Of a stretch of DNA of 64,000 bases, positions 59,035 to 64,000 are shown one piece after another. Position numbers and translations under genes: made by a program. Numbering within the stretch: position 1 is the first letter of the stretch; each line of letters begins with the position of its first letter. The notes beneath the pieces were generated by a model. It saw only the letters and a list, made by a program, of their open reading frames with translations, was not told where the DNA came from and ran no database searches. The stretch comes from a bacterium (lineage in GTDB: Bacteria > UBA8248): assembly GCA_965207065.1 (NCBI GenBank), contig OZ242260.1, forward strand, positions 2,112,001 through 2,176,000, written 5' to 3'.

Positions 59035-59922
59035 CTAGTTCTCCCTGGACGCGTCCTCATCGGCGCCCCGGTTTCTCAGGAAGCGCTCCAGTTCCCTGGC
59101 AAGATCATCTCCCGAGGGAAGCTCGCCCGGCTGGGTTTCCTCGTCAAAGCCGTCGTCTCTGAGTTTGAGTTGTTCCACGTAATCTTTCACCGATTTGTTC
59201 TTCTCGAGCGCCTCATCGACTTTCTCCTCGAATTCATGCGCGCCCGCTTCGAGTTCGGAGAGATTGAGGGGATAGGAGAGGAAGTCACCGAGCCGCTCCA
59301 CCAGGGCGAGCGCCGCCTTCGGGTTGGGCGTCACGTTCACGTAGTGGGGCACGTTCGCCCACACGCTCACGGCGGGGAGGTTTTCGTCGCGGAACAGATT
59401 GTTCAGTACACCGACGATTCCGGTGGGTCCCTCATAGCGCGAGGGATTGAGGCCGAGTTGAGAAGCAATATCCGGGTTCGTGGAGGTGCCGGTGATCCGG
59501 ACGCGGTTTCGGTGATAGACGTCGGCGAGCAGGGCGCCTACCGTCACGGCCATACGCACCCGGCATTCGCGCACCATGGACAGAATAAGTTTCGAAAAGC
59601 GCCCCCATTGCAGATGAGGCTCCACGCCCAGAAACACCACCACGTCGTGTTCGAGGTTCGGCGTCTCGCAGGCGTAGAACGTGTTCGAGGGCCAGGTGAT
59701 TTTCCGGCGGCTGTCCTCATCGAGGCTCACATGGGGCCGCATGTCCTGAAAATTATAGAAGGGGTCGGAATCGATTTGGGCGAATTCCGAACCCCCCATT
59801 TTCTCGGTGATGAAACTCGCGGCGGTCGTGGCGGCGCTGCTGGCGTCGTTCCAGCCCGCGAAAGCCATGAGCAGAGCGGGGTCTCTGAGTTTCGGCGTTT
59901 CCTTGATTTCGAGATATTCCAT
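59035..59922 (-). CDS. PAC2-family (proteasome assembly chaperone-like) protein
   Basis: AFAGWNDA, D.FYNF..RP, GVEPHLQW, GALLADV.H, YEGPTGIVG, WANVPHY, PNPKA, ELERFLR. Confidence 0.88.
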   Translation of the reverse strand: MEYLEIKETPKLRDPALLMAFAGWNDASSAATTAASFITEKMGGSEFAQIDSDPFYNFQDMRPHVSLDEDSRRKITWPSNTFYACETPNLEHDVVVFLGVEPHLQWGRFSKLILSMVRECRVRMAVTVGALLADVYHRNRVRITGTSTNPDIASQLGLNPSRYEGPTGIVGVLNNLFRDENLPAVSVWANVPHYVNVTPNPKAALALVERLGDFLSYPLNLSELEAGAHEFEEKVDEALEKNKSVKDYVEQLKLRDDGFDEETQPGELPSGDDLARELERFLRNRGADEDASREN

Positions 59923-60166
59923 TTGTTTGTCCCCCCTGTGCCGCATTATGAATCCAAGGAAAAAGAAAGACGACCATTGTATGAGGTCTCAGGTGGGGAT
60001 TCAATCCTTTATTTCGGGGATTGTCCTGCGGCGTTTGATGGAGGCGCGTCCGTGGGATATAAATTTTCAGCCTGCGGGCCATTCCGGCAGATGGAGGGAT
60101 CTTCCTTCATTCGAAGAAGTGGCGTTAAGGAGCGGGCCGAATGCGGTTGAACGTGAGGGATCAGTT

Positions 60167-60949
60167 ATGAACGCCCCCGAATCGGCGGGAATGAAGGATA
60201 AGGTGGTTCTGGTGACGGGCGGTGCGCGGGGCATTGGCGCAGCCATTGCGAGGCGCTTCGCGCGAGAGGGCGCGCACCTGGTCCTGAATCACAGGGACGG
60301 CAAAGGCAGATCCGCCCGGATGGCGGGCGAGCTTTGCCGGGAGGCCGAAGCCGCCGGTAGCCGTGCGGTCGCCATCCCGGCCGACATTTCGAAGAAAGAC
60401 GCCGTCAAGGCCATGTTCGCGCAGGTGGAAGAGGAGTTCGGGCGGCTCGACGCGCTCATCCTGAACGCGGCGCGCGCGCCCTTCAAGCCATGGGAGAAGC
60501 TATTGGAGCGTGATCTCAAGCTCCTGGTGGAGACGAATTTTCTGGGCAACGTCTTCTGTCTGCAGGGAGCGCTTCCGCTGCTCTCACGCCAGGGCGGAGC
60601 CGTCGTGTTCATTTCGAGTCTGGGGAGCCGTTTCTATCATCCTGAATACCCGCTCGGTCCCATGAAAGCGGCGATGGAGGCGGCGGTCAGGCATTGGGCG
60701 GAGAGTTTCGAGGAGAGAGGCGTGTCGGTCAACGCCGTCTGCGCGGGTCTCGTGAAGACGGATTCGTTCAAGACGCTGCGCATGATTCAGCCGGAGTTGG
60801 CCGAGCTGCCGGAGCGCTATTTCGTGACGCCCGGGGAAGTGGCCGAATCGGTCTATTTTCTCGCGGATGCCGGCGCGGCTTCCATCCGGGGACAGACTCT
60901 CGTGGTCGACAGGGGGCTCAGCAACCGGCTGAACCGCCCCCCGGGGTGA
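60167..60949 (+). CDS. SDR oxidoreductase, FabL-like enoyl-ACP reductase
   Basis: VLVTGGARGIG, LILNAA, ISSLGS, Y-x5-KAA (EYPLGPMKAAME), GQTLVVD; ATG 60167 with GAGGG RBS. Confidence 0.8.
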   Translation: MNAPESAGMKDKVVLVTGGARGIGAAIARRFAREGAHLVLNHRDGKGRSARMAGELCREAEAAGSRAVAIPADISKKDAVKAMFAQVEEEFGRLDALILNAARAPFKPWEKLLERDLKLLVETNFLGNVFCLQGALPLLSRQGGAVVFISSLGSRFYHPEYPLGPMKAAMEAAVRHWAESFEERGVSVNAVCAGLVKTDSFKTLRMIQPELAELPERYFVTPGEVAESVYFLADAGAASIRGQTLVVDRGLSNRLNRPPG

Positions 60950-61086
60950 TGGAACGAGGGAGATTCATCGGGGAAGGTTGCTTTTCGCAACTCTCCTTGG
61001 TTTTATACGCTTGAATGAGCAGGGAATTTTCACGCGCACCCATACGCGAGGATGTGCTACGTGCTTGATCGTTACAGAGGACAACC

Positions 61087-61650
61087 ATGTCGCAAAACCT
61101 GATATCGGACGATACGATTTTAGATGAAGTGAAAAAGGCGATCGCCCACACCACGGGGATCGACGAGGAAACCATCGAGTCGGACAGTTCCCTGGTGGAT
61201 GACCTGGGTGTTTTGTCGCTCGATTTTCTGGATGTGAACTTTCGCCTCGAACAAGTGTTCGGCATCAAGATGGCGCGCAACTTCGTTCTGGAGCACGTGG
61301 AGGAGATGTTCGGCGAAGGCGTGGCCATCAACGAGGAGAGCGAGGTGACGGACACAGGGGTCGAGGTCTTGAAGCTGCGCCTCCATGAGGCGGCGGCGGA
61401 TCTGGAGCCGGGTATCCCCGTGGATGAGCTCCCGGCCCTCGTAACGCCGAAGACGCTGGCGGGCGCTGTGCGCGACGTGCTGAACTGCCTGCCCGAGAAG
61501 AGTCCGGCGGGGGCGGATTGGAAGGCCGAGGATGGAACGCGCATCGTCTGCGCCGAGACGAACGAACCCGCCTCTTTGCCCAGCGGTGATGAAGTGGTCC
61601 AGAACTGGCTGAACCGGACGCAAGAGGAAAAAGGCCTCTTCTCCGCCTGA
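61087..61650 (+). CDS. Extended acyl carrier protein (187 aa)
   Basis: Acidic; DSSLVDDLGVLSLDFLDVNFRLEQVFGI ACP helix II pattern; long insertion and C-terminal extension. Confidence 0.8.
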   Translation: MSQNLISDDTILDEVKKAIAHTTGIDEETIESDSSLVDDLGVLSLDFLDVNFRLEQVFGIKMARNFVLEHVEEMFGEGVAINEESEVTDTGVEVLKLRLHEAAADLEPGIPVDELPALVTPKTLAGAVRDVLNCLPEKSPAGADWKAEDGTRIVCAETNEPASLPSGDEVVQNWLNRTQEEKGLFSA

Positions 61651-61692
61651 GGGACTGCTTCAACCAAGCCATTTTACCGGGAGAACATGTGA

Positions 61693-63003
61693 ATGGCCGG
61701 TAGCGGCAGACGGGTCGTGATCACCGGATACGGGGCGATGACGCCTCTGGGCGGAGACGTCACCTCCACGTTCGACGCCGCGCGCGAGGGTCGCTCGGGC
61801 ATCGACGTAGTGCGCCACTTCGACCCCGAAAAACTGCCCTGCCGCATCGCCGGCGAGGTGGATGATGAATGGATCGCCTCGCAGGAGAACGGCGCGGGCC
61901 GCAGGCTCGATAAATTTTCCACCCGGGGCGTGCGCATGATGCGCGTGGCCGTATCCGAGGCGGCGCAGACGGCGCGCCTGGGTGAAGTTTCAGAGCGTAA
62001 GCGAATCGGCGTTGCGCTCGGCTCCCACGGCGATCACCCCCAGGTCGAAGAATTGCTCCGTATCTTCCCCTTCTGGAAGCCCGATAGCAGCGACCCCTTG
62101 CAGGGCGGGTGGGACATCCAGGGACTCAAAAGCCGCGGCGTCTATGATCTGATGACGTTTTTCAGAAGAAAGTCCGACGTGGCGACCTCGGTCGTCGCCC
62201 TCGATTTCGACTGCCGGGGTCCCATGGTCTCCATCTGCTCGGCCTGTGCGGCGGGGGCGCAGGCTATAGGCGAGTCCGTGCGCCTCATTCGCGACAATAA
62301 GGCCGACGTCATGGTGGCGGGTGGCTGCGAGGCGCCTATCACCTATGTGGGGTTTCTCGGCTTCGTCCTGCTCACTGCGCTTGTGGAGCGGTACGAAACC
62401 CCGCAGAGCGCGTCACGTCCCTTCGACAGGAGGAGAAACGGCTTCGTGATGTCGGAAGGCGCGGGCGCGATGATTCTCGAGAGCTACGAGCACGCGCGCG
62501 CGCGGGGGGCCGAAATTTTGGGCGAAGTGCTCGGCTACGGCGATTCCTCGGATGCGTTTCGCATCACCGACATGCACCCGAGGGGCCTGGGCGCGGTGTT
62601 CGCCATGAAAAAGGCGATTGAAGACGCGCGGCTCGCGCCCGATGCGGTCGAATACATCAACGCGCACGGCACCTCGACGCCCAAGAACGATTCGACCGAA
62701 ACCAGGGCCGTCAAGGAAGTCTTCGGCGCTCACGCGGAGAAGATACCGATCAGCTCCAACAAATCCATGATCGGCCACACCATCGGCGCGGCCGGGGCCG
62801 TCGAGGCGATTCTGGCCGTGGAGGGAATGCGCCGATCGGAAATCCTGCCGACCATCAATTATCAGAACCGCGACCCCAAGTGCGACCTCGACTACGTGCC
62901 CAACGAGACAAGGGCGCAGGCCCACCGCGTGGCTCTCTCCAACAGCTTCGGATTCGGCGGGCAGAACGCCTGCCTTTGTCTGGGCGGCCCCGAGATCGCG
63001 TGA
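61693..63003 (+). CDS. Beta-ketoacyl-ACP synthase (FabF-like, catalytic Cys-His-His intact)
   Basis: RRVVITG, SACAAG, SRPFD, EGAG, INAHGTST, KSMIGH, SNSFGFGG. Confidence 0.93.
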   Translation: MAGSGRRVVITGYGAMTPLGGDVTSTFDAAREGRSGIDVVRHFDPEKLPCRIAGEVDDEWIASQENGAGRRLDKFSTRGVRMMRVAVSEAAQTARLGEVSERKRIGVALGSHGDHPQVEELLRIFPFWKPDSSDPLQGGWDIQGLKSRGVYDLMTFFRRKSDVATSVVALDFDCRGPMVSICSACAAGAQAIGESVRLIRDNKADVMVAGGCEAPITYVGFLGFVLLTALVERYETPQSASRPFDRRRNGFVMSEGAGAMILESYEHARARGAEILGEVLGYGDSSDAFRITDMHPRGLGAVFAMKKAIEDARLAPDAVEYINAHGTSTPKNDSTETRAVKEVFGAHAEKIPISSNKSMIGHTIGAAGAVEAILAVEGMRRSEILPTINYQNRDPKCDLDYVPNETRAQAHRVALSNSFGFGGQNACLCLGGPEIA

Positions 63004-64000
63004 ATTTTTCATCCATACCGATCACCGGCGCCGGCCTGGTAACGGCGGCGGGGCGAGGCGTCGAACCCGCCTGGGAGGCCCTTTGCGCGGGGCGTTCCCT
63101 ACTCGCTTTGGACACAGACCCCGAACTCGCCGGTTTTCCTCCCATCGAAACAGCTCGGTGCGCGCGGATCGACCCCGAATCGGTCGGGGCGGACCGCCGC
63201 GCGGCGAGAACCATGGGTCATCATACCCATATGCTCCTGGCGGCGGTTCACGATTTGGTGACCGGCGCCCCTGCCGTTTCGGAGATGGAAGAGGATGAAA
63301 TCGCATTTTTCGCAGGGATGGACTCGGTCGATCCGGGGAAAGACGATTTGATGGGCGCGGTGAGAGACTCGGGAGACCGGGTGGACCTCGTGCATTTCTT
63401 CAGCGAGGGGATGGACACCATCCCTCCGCTTTGGCCGTTGAGCATGGTGAACGCGATAGGTTTCAGCCAGGCCGCGATTCAGCACAGGTGGCGGGGCGAG
63501 AACGCCGTTTTCAGCGCAGGCCCGGAGGCGGCGGCGCGCGCCGCCTGCGAGGCGGCGGATTCCATATGTACAGGCAAGGCGAGACTCGCTCTTTGCGCCG
63601 GCGTGAGCGGGGTGGTTTCCGCCCGCATGCTGGCCCGCGCGCAGCGGCGCGGCGTCTGGCCCCAGGCGGGGGGTCTGGGCGAGGGCGCGGGTGTAATTCG
63701 CATCGAGAAGCCAGAAGAAATCGACCGGTCCAAAATACTCGGTTGGCTTAAAGGATATTCTTCTGTTCGTGCGCTCAAAAAACGAGGCGGCCTCGCCCGA
63801 GCGGTTCAAACATCGGCCGAAGGCGCTCTCGCAAGCGCTGTTCTCATGCCTGATAAAGTAGACCTTCTCGTGATTCACGGGGAGGGGGAGCCTCGGGCGA
63901 ATAAGGCGGAGGCGCAAGCGATTCGCGCTCTTTTGGGCGGCCACAAGCCTTGGGGGCTTGCGACGAAGGGCGTATTCGGCCACCTTTGGGGGGGAAGCCC
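63000..64000 (+). CDS. Ketosynthase-like partner lacking the catalytic Cys (chain-length-factor-like); 3' truncated by the window
   Basis: Manually translated open frame from GTG 63000 (GTGA overlap) to the window end: ITGAGLVTAAG, PPLWPLSMVN, RGENAVFSAGPEA, GEGAG, IHGEG, TKGVFGH; absent from the ORF track. Confidence 0.85.
   Translation, partial: MNFSSIPITGAGLVTAAGRGVEPAWEALCAGRSLLALDTDPELAGFPPIETARCARIDPESVGADRRAARTMGHHTHMLLAAVHDLVTGAPAVSEMEEDEIAFFAGMDSVDPGKDDLMGAVRDSGDRVDLVHFFSEGMDTIPPLWPLSMVNAIGFSQAAIQHRWRGENAVFSAGPEAAARAACEAADSICTGKARLALCAGVSGVVSARMLARAQRRGVWPQAGGLGEGAGVIRIEKPEEIDRSKILGWLKGYSSVRALKKRGGLARAVQTSAEGALASAVLMPDKVDLLVIHGEGEPRANKAEAQAIRALLGGHKPWGLATKGVFGHLWGGS

Noticed and set aside
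58888-60166. 420-aa plus ORF and the long N-terminal extension of the SDR ORF
   Set aside because: Antisense to the PAC2 gene; SDR similarity and RBS begin at 60167
63099-63983. 294-aa minus-strand ORF
   Set aside because: Antisense to the KS-like frame starting at 63000, which has clear motifs

Overview
A GC-rich bacterial chromosomal segment made up mostly of housekeeping genes, with accessory patches between them. The gene content (rny-ymdB, mla, a second EF-G, PAC2, TIGR02757) suggests a diderm of deltaproteobacteria-like or Nitrospinota-like affinity; this is an inference. Core genes: pheS-pheT, zapB-zapA-6S RNA-ygfA-rny-ymdB, a methylmalonyl-CoA mutase large subunit, alaS, mlaEDC, ltaE, cspA, a divergent fusA paralogue, pyrE, bioA, TPP riboswitch-thiS-thiG-thiE/tenI, acs, and dtd-TIGR02757-nadK-recN. 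Five signals that the ORF track misses or mis-draws stand out. (1) A His-rich, signal-peptide-bearing leader ORF ends in an RAPP ribosome-arrest motif, and its arrest codons can pair with the ribosome-binding site of a downstream cupredoxin-like/membrane-protein pair, suggesting a metal-sensing translational switch (25807-28152). (2) A UGA-recoded UGSC selenoprotein with a SECIS-like hairpin lies next to an uncharacterised partner gene (29209-30885). (3) A type II FAS/PKS-like cluster begins at 60167 and runs off the window: FabL-like reductase, oversized ACP, active KS and a Cys-less KS partner. (4) Nested MITE/REP elements with 5-bp target duplications insert into another repeat family. (5) A DEAD-box helicase islet is bounded by 197-bp direct repeats. 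No CRISPR array, rRNA, tRNA or intact transposase was seen. All family calls come from motif recognition by eye, not from database searches.
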